Of a stretch of 64,000 nucleotides of DNA, positions 55,106 through 64,000 are shown in pieces. The translations under genes and the position numbers were made by a program. Origin of the DNA: Myxococcales bacterium (lineage in GTDB: Bacteria > Myxococcota > Myxococcia > Myxococcales > UBA5297); NCBI GenBank assembly GCA_031552145.1, contig JAVBMV010000005.1:352947-416946 (forward strand), read 5' to 3'. Positions within the stretch are counted from its first letter, which is position 1. Each line of letters begins with the position of its first letter. The notes under the pieces are model-generated. The model was not told the origin of the DNA. It saw only the letters and a list, made by a program, of their open reading frames with translations, and searched no databases.

Positions 55106-58100
55106 ATGCACCTGCTCACGATCTCTCTGATACTTGCATCTTTATCAGCCGATGGCGCCCACTTGAACGGGGAAATTCCTCCCCCCCTCGCCCCTTGGCA
55201 AGAGTGGGTGATGGCGGGCCGCCCCGAGCTGACCTGTCCCCTGCTCGAAGGGAGCGATGGGGCGCGTCAGTGCCTCTGGCCGGGGCTCCTCTCGCTCGAT
55301 CTCTCCGAGCGCGGCGGCCGCTTCTCTTTGCCGGCGCGAGCCTATACCGAGAGCGCGCTCATCTTGCCAGGGGGCGCCGGGCGCTGGCCCGCCGAGCTCC
55401 TCGTCGACGGCAAGCCGGCGGTGTTGCTCGAACGCGGCGGTCGACCCGCGCTGCAGCTCCTCCCTGGAGATCACCTCATCTCGGGGCGCCTTCTCTGGCG
55501 CGCGCTCCCCGCGTCGCTCGAGGTGCCCACGGAGATCGGCCTCGTAGCCCTCACATTGAATGGGCGGCCCATTCGCTCTCCCAACCGCGACTCCGAGGGG
55601 CGCCTCTGGCTGCGCGAAGGGGAGGGGCAGCAGGAGGAGGAGAGCGCGCTCACCCTCGCGCTCTACCGGAAGCTGGAGGATGAGACGCCCATGATTCTGA
55701 CCACCCGGCTGAAGCTGGAGGTGGCCGGAAAAAACCGCGAGCTGTTGCTGGGGCCCGCCCTGCCGCGGGGATTCGTTCCGATGGCGCTCTCGGGCTCGCT
55801 CCCCGCCAAGCTCGAGCCCGACGGCAGGTTGCGCGTCCAAGCCCGCCCCGGCACTTACGAGCTGGAGTTGCTAGCCAGGGCGACCGGCAATCCGCAGGCC
55901 ATCGCGCTCGAGGCGGTACCGGAGAAGGAGGGTGCCGATTGGCCCGACGAAGAGCTCTGGGTCTTCGAGGCGCATCGTGAACTGCGCACCCTCTCCATCG
56001 AGGGGGTCTCCGCCATCGAGCCAGGCCAGACCACCCTGCCCGACGAGTGGCGCTCGTTCCCCGCCTACCGGGTGGGTGCCGGCCAGTCGATGCGGCTCGT
56101 CGAGGTGCGGCGCGGCGACTCCGAGCCCACCGGCGGACGCCTCGAGATCACCAGAGAGCTCTGGCTCGACTACGACGGCGGCGGTTACACCGCGCGCGAC
56201 CGCATCGAGGGCACGCTGACGCGCCCCGCTCGCCTCGAGCTCAATGAGGGTGGCGAGCTGGGGCGGGTGAGTCTCTCGGGGCTCGATCAGCTCATCACGC
56301 GCGGCGCGGGGAGCGCGCGGGCCGGGGTCGAGGTGCCGCGCGGCGCGCTGGTACTCGACGCTGTCAGCAGGCTCGCAAGAGAGGGCGCGCTCTCCGCTGG
56401 CGGCTGGGCGCGGGATTTCGAGAAGGTCGAGCTGGAGCTGCACCTTCCGCCCGGTTGGCGCCTCTTCGCCGCGCCCGGCGTCGACCAGGTGCCGGGCAGT
56501 TGGTTCCAGAGCTGGACGCTGCTCGATCTCTTCCTGGCGCTCGTCATCGCCGTCGCCATCGGGAAGCTCTGGGGAGTGCCTTGGGGCGCGGTGGCATTGC
56601 TCGCGCTCGCCGCCACCCTTCCCGAGGAGGGCGCGCCCAAGTGGTCCTGGCTGTGGTTCCTGGCCGCGGAGGGGATCGCGCGCCTTCTCTCGGACGGAAA
56701 GCTCAAGCGCTTCGTGGCGATCGTGCGCGCCATTTCGCTCTTCGTCATCGTGCTCGGCTCCGTCACCTTTCTGGCGGGCCACATCCGCATGGCGCTCTAT
56801 CCGTCGCTGGGCGTCTACGGGAGCGAGGCGAGGCGCGACTCCGCTTCGAATCTGGCACAGAGGCATTTCGAGGATGGGGGAGCCGACGAAGAGGTCCAAG
56901 AGCTCGCCGCGGCGCCCTCGATGGAGAAGAGGAAGATGCTGAGTACTTCGGCGCCCTCCGCCGCGGCGAAGCGGCGCGCTCCGGCCAAGGCCTTCGAGCT
57001 CGATCCAGCGGCCAAGGTGCAGACCGGTCCTGGTCTCCCGGCCTGGCACGGCACCGTGGAGCGGCTCATCTACAGCGGCCCGGTGGAGCAGGGCGAGCAG
57101 CTGCGCCTGCTGCTCCTTTCGCCCAACGCCAACCGCCTCCTGGCCTTCGTGCGCCTCGCGCTGCTCGCGCTTCTCCTGCTGCGCATCCTCTTCGGCTCGC
57201 GGCGCTTCAAGGAGCTGGCGCTTCGCCCCGCCAAACACGCGAGCGCGCTCCTCTCCCTGGGGATCGGCATGAGCGTCGGCCTGGGCCTCGGGGCGGCGCT
57301 CCTCGCCGCTCCCTCTCCCGCGCGCGCCCAGATTCCCTCGAAGGAGCTTTTGGAGGAGCTGCGCGAGCGCCTCTCCAAACCACCTCCCTGCGCTCCTCAC
57401 TGCGCCACGATCGACTCGTTGGAGCTCAATGCTTCTCCGGAGCAGCTCGGGCTCACGCTTCAAGTGGGCGCGCAGGTGTCGAGCGCCATCCCCCTGCCGG
57501 GCGGCGCCGAGCACTGGAACCCCGTGAGCATCACCGTCGACGGCGCGCCGGCGCGCGCCCTCTGGCGCGGCGACGACCAGCAGCTCTGGCTGCCGCTCGC
57601 ACCGGGTCGCCACCGCGTCGAGCTGGCCGGTCCTCCTCCCCAGAGGAGCACTTTCCAGCTCCCGCTTCCGCTGCGCCCACACCACGTCATCGTGAGGGCC
57701 GATGGCTTTCGCGTCGACGGGGTCCACGAGGATGGCGGCGTTGATGGAGCGCTGCAGCTGACGCGCGTGGCGCCCGCTGTCGCCGAGGGAGGTGAGCGCG
57801 GAGCCACCAACCTCTTCCCGCCGCTGGTGCGGCTGAGCCGAACCCTCGCCCTGGGGCTCACCTGGGGAGTCGAGACGCGCGTAGAGCGGCTCACCCCGGC
57901 CGACTCCGCGGTGGTGCTGGAGCTGCCGCTCTTGCCTGGCGAGTCGGTCACCACTCCCGGCGTCCGCGTCGAGGGGGGAAGGGTGCTGCTCAACCTGCCG
58001 CCCGGCGCGGTCGAGATGCGTTGGAGCTCCACCCTGGCCAAGGCGGAGCGGCTGGAGCTGGTGGCGGCCTCGAACGAGTCGATCTCCGAGCTCTGGGAGC

Positions 58101-59218
58101 TCGACGCCAAGACCCTCTGGCATGTCGAGGCGGAGGGCTTTGCCCCCATACATCATGAGGGCTACGCGGCTATGCTCTACCGTCCCAGGGCGGGCGAGCG
58201 ATTGCGCCTCTCCATCACGCGCCCCGTGGCCGTCGAGGGGCGCACGGCCACCATCGAGCGCGCCGCGCTCGAGGTCACCCCCGGTAATCGCGCCAGCGGC
58301 GCGGAGCTGAAGCTCACCATCCGGGCGAGTCAGGGCGGCGAGCAGCGACTCACCTTCCCCGAGGGAGCGCTGCTCGAGCGGGTATCGCTCCAGGGCGTGG
58401 AGCAGCCGCTGCGCCTCGAGGGGCGCTCCCTGGCCGTGCCGCTCTCGCCCGGCCTCAACCGTGTGGAGATCGGGCTCCGCCTCGCCGAAGGGATCTCCCT
58501 GCGCTACGCCGCGCCCGAGATCGATCTGGGTGGGCCCGCCGTCAACGCGAGCGTCGCGATCCATCCCTCCGGCGATCGGTGGCTGCTCTTCGTTGGAGGT
58601 CCAATGGTAGGCCCCGTGCTCCAGCTCTGGAGCTACCTGGTCTTCTTCATCCTGCTCGCAGTGCTGCTCGGCAGGTACGCCCCCACGCCGCTCAAGATTC
58701 GGCACTGGATCCTCCTGGCCCTGGGGCTCTGCCAAGCAGAGATGGGCGCTGGGCTGCTCGTCGCGGGCTGGCTGCTGCTGCTCGCCTTCAGGCAGCGGCA
58801 GGCCAATCTCGCGGGGCTCTGGCGCTTCCGCCTGCTGCAGCTCGCCGTCGGCGCGATGACCTTTATCGCGCTCGTCTCGCTGGGCATCGCCATCTCCGAG
58901 GGGCTGCTAGGCCGCCCGGAGATGCATGTGGGCGGCAATGGCTCGAGCGCGGCCGAGCTGCTCTGGAGTCAGGATCGTGTCGCTTCTGGGATGCCCACGC
59001 CATGGCTCGTCTCGGTGCCGCTCTACCTCTATCGCGCCGCCATGCTCGCGTGGTCCGCCTGGTTGGCGATCGCCGTGTTGAAGTGGCTGCGGTGGGGCTG
59101 GGGCGCCTTTTCAGCAGGTGGATACTGGCGGTCGAAGGCGCGACCGCAGGCCAAGCCCGCACCCCTTGCTACAGAGCTCGCGACTCCCGGAGAGCATGGC
59201 ACGCCCCCATCGAACTGA
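55106..59218 (+). CDS. Large polytopic membrane protein (1370 aa), unknown function, internally duplicated
   Basis: N-terminal signal MHLLTISLILASLSA. Two extracytoplasmic modules share C...C....L.L...LPGGA..W.P....VDG.PA...L.PG.H, and each is followed by a cluster of TM helices (~aa 470-580 and ~aa 1180-1340). Confidence 0.8.
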   Translation: MHLLTISLILASLSADGAHLNGEIPPPLAPWQEWVMAGRPELTCPLLEGSDGARQCLWPGLLSLDLSERGGRFSLPARAYTESALILPGGAGRWPAELLVDGKPAVLLERGGRPALQLLPGDHLISGRLLWRALPASLEVPTEIGLVALTLNGRPIRSPNRDSEGRLWLREGEGQQEEESALTLALYRKLEDETPMILTTRLKLEVAGKNRELLLGPALPRGFVPMALSGSLPAKLEPDGRLRVQARPGTYELELLARATGNPQAIALEAVPEKEGADWPDEELWVFEAHRELRTLSIEGVSAIEPGQTTLPDEWRSFPAYRVGAGQSMRLVEVRRGDSEPTGGRLEITRELWLDYDGGGYTARDRIEGTLTRPARLELNEGGELGRVSLSGLDQLITRGAGSARAGVEVPRGALVLDAVSRLAREGALSAGGWARDFEKVELELHLPPGWRLFAAPGVDQVPGSWFQSWTLLDLFLALVIAVAIGKLWGVPWGAVALLALAATLPEEGAPKWSWLWFLAAEGIARLLSDGKLKRFVAIVRAISLFVIVLGSVTFLAGHIRMALYPSLGVYGSEARRDSASNLAQRHFEDGGADEEVQELAAAPSMEKRKMLSTSAPSAAAKRRAPAKAFELDPAAKVQTGPGLPAWHGTVERLIYSGPVEQGEQLRLLLLSPNANRLLAFVRLALLALLLLRILFGSRRFKELALRPAKHASALLSLGIGMSVGLGLGAALLAAPSPARAQIPSKELLEELRERLSKPPPCAPHCATIDSLELNASPEQLGLTLQVGAQVSSAIPLPGGAEHWNPVSITVDGAPARALWRGDDQQLWLPLAPGRHRVELAGPPPQRSTFQLPLPLRPHHVIVRADGFRVDGVHEDGGVDGALQLTRVAPAVAEGGERGATNLFPPLVRLSRTLALGLTWGVETRVERLTPADSAVVLELPLLPGESVTTPGVRVEGGRVLLNLPPGAVEMRWSSTLAKAERLELVAASNESISELWELDAKTLWHVEAEGFAPIHHEGYAAMLYRPRAGERLRLSITRPVAVEGRTATIERAALEVTPGNRASGAELKLTIRASQGGEQRLTFPEGALLERVSLQGVEQPLRLEGRSLAVPLSPGLNRVEIGLRLAEGISLRYAAPEIDLGGPAVNASVAIHPSGDRWLLFVGGPMVGPVLQLWSYLVFFILLAVLLGRYAPTPLKIRHWILLALGLCQAEMGAGLLVAGWLLLLAFRQRQANLAGLWRFRLLQLAVGAMTFIALVSLGIAISEGLLGRPEMHVGGNGSSAAELLWSQDRVASGMPTPWLVSVPLYLYRAAMLAWSAWLAIAVLKWLRWGWGAFSAGGYWRSKARPQAKPAPLATELATPGEHGTPPSN

Positions 59219-59250
59219 GCCGACCCTTGTGAATCTTCTCGGTTGACAGG

Positions 59251-59278
59251 CTGGCAAGCGCTTCTTTAGGCTTGCCAG
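59251..59278 (+). terminator. Hairpin after the membrane-protein gene (9-bp stem, 10-nt loop), no U-tract
   Basis: CTGGCAAGC-GCTTCTTTAG-GCTTGCCAG, 33 nt after the stop at 59218. Confidence 0.35.
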
Positions 59279-59321
59279 AAGCTGTCGATATGCAGGTTCC
59301 TTCACTCCCGAGGAGAGTCTC

Positions 59322-62300
59322 ATGAGACGTGTGGCGGGGTTGGTGCTTGGCCTGGTTTTGGTTGGTTCGCTGGCAGCCTGTGGTTCCTCCGAGGACCCTG
59401 TAGTGGATGCAGGGAGTGATGCGTCCGATGCGAAGGTCGACGGCTCGACACAGTCCGACGCCGACGTAGGTGAGCCGACCGACGCCGACGTTGGTTCGGA
59501 TGTGGATGGCGGCTGCGAGAAGCGGTGCGAGGGGCGAGAGTGCGGCCCCGACGGCTGTGGCGGCCAGTGCGGCACCTGCAAGAGCTCCTTCGAGTGCAAC
59601 GAGGAGACGGGCAAGTGCAACTGCGACTCCCCCAGTGAAGAGGAGCTCTGCGCGACCCAGACGGTCTGCGGTCTGCCGCTGACGATCAAGGACAAGTGCG
59701 ACAGGAATCAGATCGTCGAATGCTCTTGCCCGCAGGGTCAGTATTGCGACGACTCGAACACGTGCAAGACCTGCGTCGAGGAGTCGGACAATGATTTCTG
59801 CCTGCGGCATGGCGTTCATTGTGGCGACCTGACGGAATTCGACACCTGCCAGGTCGAGCGTACGGTCACCTGCAACGTCTGCCCCGACACCTGGAGCTGT
59901 GGCGGCGCGCCCAACTATTACTGCGAGAAGGAGGGCGTTCCCTCCAATGATCTTTGCTTCCAGCCCTCGCCGCTCGGTGTCCTGGCGCTCGGCGTCCCCA
60001 TGACCTTCGAGGCGAGCACCGTGGGTGCCTCCGGGGAAATGACGGCCATCTGCGGCGGCGCGGGTCCCGAGGTGTTCTACAGCTTCGAGCTTGTGGCCGA
60101 CGCGCTCGTGCAGGTGCGAATCGCGCCGAAGACCGCGTTGACACCTGTCCATGTCCCGCTCGCCTACATTCTCCCCGCCAGCTGCTCTCAAGCCGGTGGC
60201 GAGCTCGCCTGTGGCGCTCCCGCGTCCCCCGGCATTGCCCATCGCCTGATGCCGGGTACCTATGTCATCGCGATCGACGGCGAGAGCATCAACTATCCGA
60301 ACGGCGAGGAGGCCATTGTCGATCTCTTCGCGAGCGAGGCGGTTGTCTCCGAGAACTGCTTCTCGGCGATGGAGCTCGACCTCTCTACCGTTCCTACCCT
60401 GACCTTGGTGGCCAGCACGCAGGAGTTGGCGAACGATTCGACGCCGCCTCCTTCTTGTGACCCAAATACGGACCCGGGCGGCGGCGGCGATATGGCCTTC
60501 TCGGTCAAGTTGCCGGAAGTGGGCGGGCCCTTCTCGATCGAGGCGAAGGTTGCTCCCACGGGCGTCTCCAATAGTTATAGGCCAGTGCTCTACGCCTATG
60601 CTGGCTGCGAGGGAAACCCCGCGCTCTTGGGATGCAACCTGGAGGTCGGCTCGCCGGCGCGCGACGCCGAGCTCACTTTGTCGGGGCTCGAGGCAGGTAG
60701 TCCCGTGGTGCTCTGGGTCGACTCGCGCAAGGGGCAGTTCGAGGGGCTTTTCCGCCTGACGGTCACCGTGCGCAACACCAATCCGCCTCCGAATGACACG
60801 TTCGATACGGCGATATCGCTCAATCCCTCCAACCTGCCCAGTGGAATCCCCGAGAAGGATTCGGGGGCACCCGTGGCCACGCCCGATTGGGAGACGACTG
60901 TCAACGTCAGCACGCGCGATGCGAAGGACGATACTCGGCCAATGAACTGCCGATATGGCTCGCGAAGTGTCTCGGCGGCTGATGTCTTCTACAAGTTCAC
61001 GCTCGATCGGACCATGTCGGTGCGCGCGCTGCTTGCCAAGACAGGGTCGGTGGATCTGGCGCTCAGCCTGGTGAAGGGGGGGGCGACCTGGGCGGATACA
61101 CAGAAGAATATCGACGCGTTCACTCCCTGCGAGGAGGTAGTCGAGCCATTTATCGATACCAACGTGTGGGGATACCAACTATCACCGGGAACCTATTATG
61201 TCATCGTCGACGGCGTTGGGGGTAAGCAGGGAGAGGCGTTGCTCAATGTTCAATTCTGGGCTGAGTTCCGCGGGTTCTGCAATGGGGTCGAGATCCCTAT
61301 CGACCCAGTTACGGAAAAGGGGAGCGCAGTCGGCTTCATGTCGGCCGCGGAGCAGAACGGGGCAAACAGATGCTATTCATATACGGGAACTCACTTCAAA
61401 TACAAGTCGCTAGTATATTCATTCCGCACGCCGCCCGGAGATGAAAAGGTCGACGTGTTGATCAAGGCGACAGCCTTCGATGTCTCTCCACATAACCCCG
61501 ATGGATGGACGCGCCCATCCCTTTCAATCCGGACAAGTTGTTCAGGTGAGCAGTCCTCCTGCGCGGGAAATGAAACGCATTATAATCAAGAACCTCAGCG
61601 GCGATTCATCGAGCTGCCGGTGAGGGGGTTGGATGCCGGCACCCTGTTTTATGTGATAGTGCAGAACGATGATGCGTTTGAGTATCAGCGCCCTGAAGTG
61701 CCTGTTGACGACAAGGGGATGGTGCAGGTGGATGTGCAAATTGGAGGATTGCCGCCTCTGCCGTTCAATGACAGATGTGAGCAGGCTGAAGAGCTTACCT
61801 TTCTACCCAGTGTTGCGCGGGCCGATGGAACTACCGAACAAGCCAAAGGCGATTATACTTCGAATTGCATGGGCGCCACTGAGGCGGCTGCGTCCGGTCC
61901 AGAGTTGGTCTATTCGTTCGAGCTATATGAAACCTCTGATGTGACAGTAGAGGCGACCTATGAGACTGTCGCCACACTGCCCCTGGTCTATGTGAGGCGA
62001 GGCAATTGCGAAAGCTTTGCTGCCGAGGTGGGGTGCTATCGTAAAGATCCGTCTCCAACTGGAGTGGTCACCCTGAGAATTCCGGCTCTCGCGCGAAACG
62101 AGGCTGGAGAGAGGTACTATGTTTTTGTGGATTCCACGGTGGCCTCCGCGACGTCGAAGTTTTCGCTCTCGGTGACAAAAACTCCGGTGTCGCTAATGTC
62201 GTCGAACGATACTTGTGATATGGCCGTGGATAAAGGGACAATCGCTGTGGGCGGTTCTCTTGTCATAGATGGAACAACGATTGGCGCGTTTGATGATTAC

Positions 62301-64000
62301 CAGGGTGATTGTCAGAACAGCGGCACCAGGACGCTGCATAACGGTTCGGATGTCGTCTACAAATTCAAGGCTGGCGGAGATATGTACGCCTCGATCAAGG
62401 TGACGTCCACGGCCCCAACTCGAGATACTGCCAATGCGATTGTATTCGACAGCTATGCGCCCGCGGTCTATCTGCGGCCCTGGAGTTCGTGCGTGAGTAA
62501 TGACGATTTGCCCACGAGGATGTGTGGACAGATTGTATGGGACAGCGTCAAAACGGGCCCCAAGAACGAGCCGGCGCAGGTAATCGCGTCCTGGTTGCGA
62601 GAAGGCGAAGAATATGCTCTCATCGTCGACGGGGTGAATGGAACACAGGGCGCCTTCCAGGTTGAGATTGCGACCTCAGGAGACGTACAGAAGAATGACA
62701 GCTGCCTCGGTGCCGAGCCGCTCGAAATTGACGGCAACGGCCGAGCCGTTGTAAGAGGAAACACATCGTTAGTCAACAACGACACCAGCATCGTTCCAGT
62801 TTCCTGCTCAAATGCCAACGCCACTGTGACTCCCGATCTGGTCTATTCACTCGATCTTCAAGATAAATCAGTTCCTCAGCAGGTCCGATTCATTCTGTTG
62901 TCGGAAGCCTCGACGTTCGCGGGAACTCTCTTCGTGAGGAGAGGTGTTTGCGGAGTCGCCGCTTCAACGACAGAGGTGGGTTGTATGGCGCATAATGCCT
63001 CCAATTTCAGCGGATATCTAGACCTTCGCCTGGATCCGGACTATTATTACGTTTGGGTCGATGGATCGGTCACTAACGCGCCATCAGGTCCGTTCGAGCT
63101 CGTCGTCGAGGTCACTCCCGCGCCGTCCGAATTAGTTCCTGAGTTGTGTGCTTTCGATGCTGCTCGAACGCTCGCGTTTTCGAATGACACGGCGATGGCT
63201 TCTGGCAGCACTGATGGGCAGCGGAATGCCTTTGTGGGAACTTGTCTCAAGGGCGGCGATATCATTCCGTCAGTCGGTTCCGATATGGTGTACAAATTCA
63301 CCCTGGATGCCGACGCGTGGGTCAGCGCCGAACTCACGCGCAGTTATATGACTACCGCGCTCCTAAACAGCCAGACTCGAGATCCAATTGTATATTTCAT
63401 GGACAGCTGTGCCGCGGGTACTGTTCTCTCCGGGTCTGCATGTGTTGTCGACGGCATCGGGAATGCCAATGACGTGGCCAGGGCTGGTCCGGTCAAGCTC
63501 CAGGCTGGCGTCGACTACTATGTAGTTGTCGATAGCGCTGCTTCGCCAGCAGGCTCTGGAGGGATTGACTATACGCTCGTTCTTACCAAGACTTCCGTGG
63601 CCCTACCGGACACCTGTGCCGATGCGGAGTTGCTGCCAATCACTTCTCAAAATCCTTCTGTCTCCTTGCGCAGGGTGACGGGGGGCGCCGGCAATGACAC
63701 CAATGGTTTTGGGGCGTGTAAAGACGGTGCAAACTCCGTGGCAACAGAGGGTCCTGACCTGGTCTTCAAGCTTGATACTCGGACCATGGGTGCCCGCGAC
63801 ATGTATGCGACGGTCAAATTCGATCATTCGAATGTGACGGGCGCCTATTTGTATTTATGGAAAGGCGCCTGCGAGAGTGCAGTCGAAGATGATCAGATAG
63901 GATGCGGAAAGAGCACGCTCTATGCTGAATTGCAGGAGGGGGAGTACTATTTGTGGGTCGACACAAACGGCGCCAACCGAGGCAGAGGTGGCGCGTTTAC
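59322..64000 (+). CDS. 3'-truncated giant lipoprotein (at least 1559 aa), paralogue of 791-7918: Cys-rich module + at least 9 PPC-like repeats
   Basis: It is not in the ORF track, and no in-frame stop occurs before the window end. The track shows no other frame-0 ORF here, and I hand-translated 61371-62130 and spot-checked elsewhere. AGGAGAG sits 4 nt upstream of the ATG. Lipobox signal MRRVAGLVLGLVLVGSLAA|CGS. Same CG..GCGG.CG.C and EELC...CG modules and the same NDxC...G.DvvY.F...pG.YYv.VD...F.L.v repeats. Confidence 0.85.
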   Translation, partial: MRRVAGLVLGLVLVGSLAACGSSEDPVVDAGSDASDAKVDGSTQSDADVGEPTDADVGSDVDGGCEKRCEGRECGPDGCGGQCGTCKSSFECNEETGKCNCDSPSEEELCATQTVCGLPLTIKDKCDRNQIVECSCPQGQYCDDSNTCKTCVEESDNDFCLRHGVHCGDLTEFDTCQVERTVTCNVCPDTWSCGGAPNYYCEKEGVPSNDLCFQPSPLGVLALGVPMTFEASTVGASGEMTAICGGAGPEVFYSFELVADALVQVRIAPKTALTPVHVPLAYILPASCSQAGGELACGAPASPGIAHRLMPGTYVIAIDGESINYPNGEEAIVDLFASEAVVSENCFSAMELDLSTVPTLTLVASTQELANDSTPPPSCDPNTDPGGGGDMAFSVKLPEVGGPFSIEAKVAPTGVSNSYRPVLYAYAGCEGNPALLGCNLEVGSPARDAELTLSGLEAGSPVVLWVDSRKGQFEGLFRLTVTVRNTNPPPNDTFDTAISLNPSNLPSGIPEKDSGAPVATPDWETTVNVSTRDAKDDTRPMNCRYGSRSVSAADVFYKFTLDRTMSVRALLAKTGSVDLALSLVKGGATWADTQKNIDAFTPCEEVVEPFIDTNVWGYQLSPGTYYVIVDGVGGKQGEALLNVQFWAEFRGFCNGVEIPIDPVTEKGSAVGFMSAAEQNGANRCYSYTGTHFKYKSLVYSFRTPPGDEKVDVLIKATAFDVSPHNPDGWTRPSLSIRTSCSGEQSSCAGNETHYNQEPQRRFIELPVRGLDAGTLFYVIVQNDDAFEYQRPEVPVDDKGMVQVDVQIGGLPPLPFNDRCEQAEELTFLPSVARADGTTEQAKGDYTSNCMGATEAAASGPELVYSFELYETSDVTVEATYETVATLPLVYVRRGNCESFAAEVGCYRKDPSPTGVVTLRIPALARNEAGERYYVFVDSTVASATSKFSLSVTKTPVSLMSSNDTCDMAVDKGTIAVGGSLVIDGTTIGAFDDYQGDCQNSGTRTLHNGSDVVYKFKAGGDMYASIKVTSTAPTRDTANAIVFDSYAPAVYLRPWSSCVSNDDLPTRMCGQIVWDSVKTGPKNEPAQVIASWLREGEEYALIVDGVNGTQGAFQVEIATSGDVQKNDSCLGAEPLEIDGNGRAVVRGNTSLVNNDTSIVPVSCSNANATVTPDLVYSLDLQDKSVPQQVRFILLSEASTFAGTLFVRRGVCGVAASTTEVGCMAHNASNFSGYLDLRLDPDYYYVWVDGSVTNAPSGPFELVVEVTPAPSELVPELCAFDAARTLAFSNDTAMASGSTDGQRNAFVGTCLKGGDIIPSVGSDMVYKFTLDADAWVSAELTRSYMTTALLNSQTRDPIVYFMDSCAAGTVLSGSACVVDGIGNANDVARAGPVKLQAGVDYYVVVDSAASPAGSGGIDYTLVLTKTSVALPDTCADAELLPITSQNPSVSLRRVTGGAGNDTNGFGACKDGANSVATEGPDLVFKLDTRTMGARDMYATVKFDHSNVTGAYLYLWKGACESAVEDDQIGCGKSTLYAELQEGEYYLWVDTNGANRGRGGAF
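59944..64000 (+). repeat. At least 9 tandem PPC-like repeats, continuing beyond the window
   Basis: Repeat starts SNDLCFQPSPLG, SENCFSAMELD, PPNDTFDTAISL, FRGFCNGVEIP, PFNDRCEQAEEL, SSNDTCDMAVDK, QKNDSCLGAEPL, VPELCAFDAART, LPDTCADAELLP. Confidence 0.75.

Noticed and set aside
55871-58735. 954-aa minus-strand ORF opposite the 1370-aa membrane protein
   Set aside because: Low-complexity Arg/Glu/Gly/Pro-rich translation. The plus frame has a coherent signal peptide, TM clusters and an internal duplication.
59169-61178. 669-aa minus-strand ORF, the only long ORF the track offers in this region
   Set aside because: It is antisense to the unlisted plus-strand lipoprotein ORF (59322 onward). That ORF has an RBS, a lipobox signal and a clear paralogue at 791-7918. 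The minus-strand product is Arg/Gly/Ala-rich with no features.

Overview
This is a 64-kb high-GC bacterial chromosomal segment (about 67-75% GC in most hand-sampled 60-nt lines). The gene content looks myxobacterial or deltaproteobacterial; that is an inference from the protein families, not a search result.

About 45% of the window (about 29 kb) encodes five giant predicted lipoproteins built from tandem repeats:
- A 2375-aa protein with about 15 PPC-like repeats (791-7918, minus strand), followed by an ECF sigma factor.
- Two tandem paralogues of 2292 and 2311 aa (33148-46976, plus strand), each with 16-17 Ig-like repeats and 14 RCC1 blades.
- An 1151-aa protein (47069-50524, minus strand) with about 24 copies of an 18-residue CxxGFHDGGDGxCVPxGE repeat and a degenerate RCC1-like propeller. 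It sits inside a ~5-kb low-GC island.
- A second PPC-repeat protein (59322 to beyond 64000, plus strand). It is missing from the supplied ORF track because it runs off the window.

Other content:
- A stand-alone PfaA-like megasynthase (KS-MAT-KS-4xACP-KR-DH, 2906 aa). All four ACPs carry Thr at the canonical phosphopantetheine-Ser position. It is flanked by an acyl-CoA dehydrogenase, an Sfp-type PPTase and a Phd/ParE toxin-antitoxin pair.
- A sigma-54 enhancer-binding protein divergent from a strong sigma-54 promoter match. The promoter drives a six-gene TadE/TadG/Flp-like operon that contains pseudopilins only.
- The rpsP-rimM-trmD-rplS block, followed by an SMC/Rad50-like membrane protein with a degenerate Walker A that is translationally coupled to yraN, then rsmI.
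- A second sigma-54 activator, an RsmB-like methyltransferase, and a 1370-aa polytopic membrane protein with an internal duplication.

No rRNA, tRNA, CRISPR array, transposase or integrase was recognised. Many long ORFs in the track are antisense artefacts of the high GC content.
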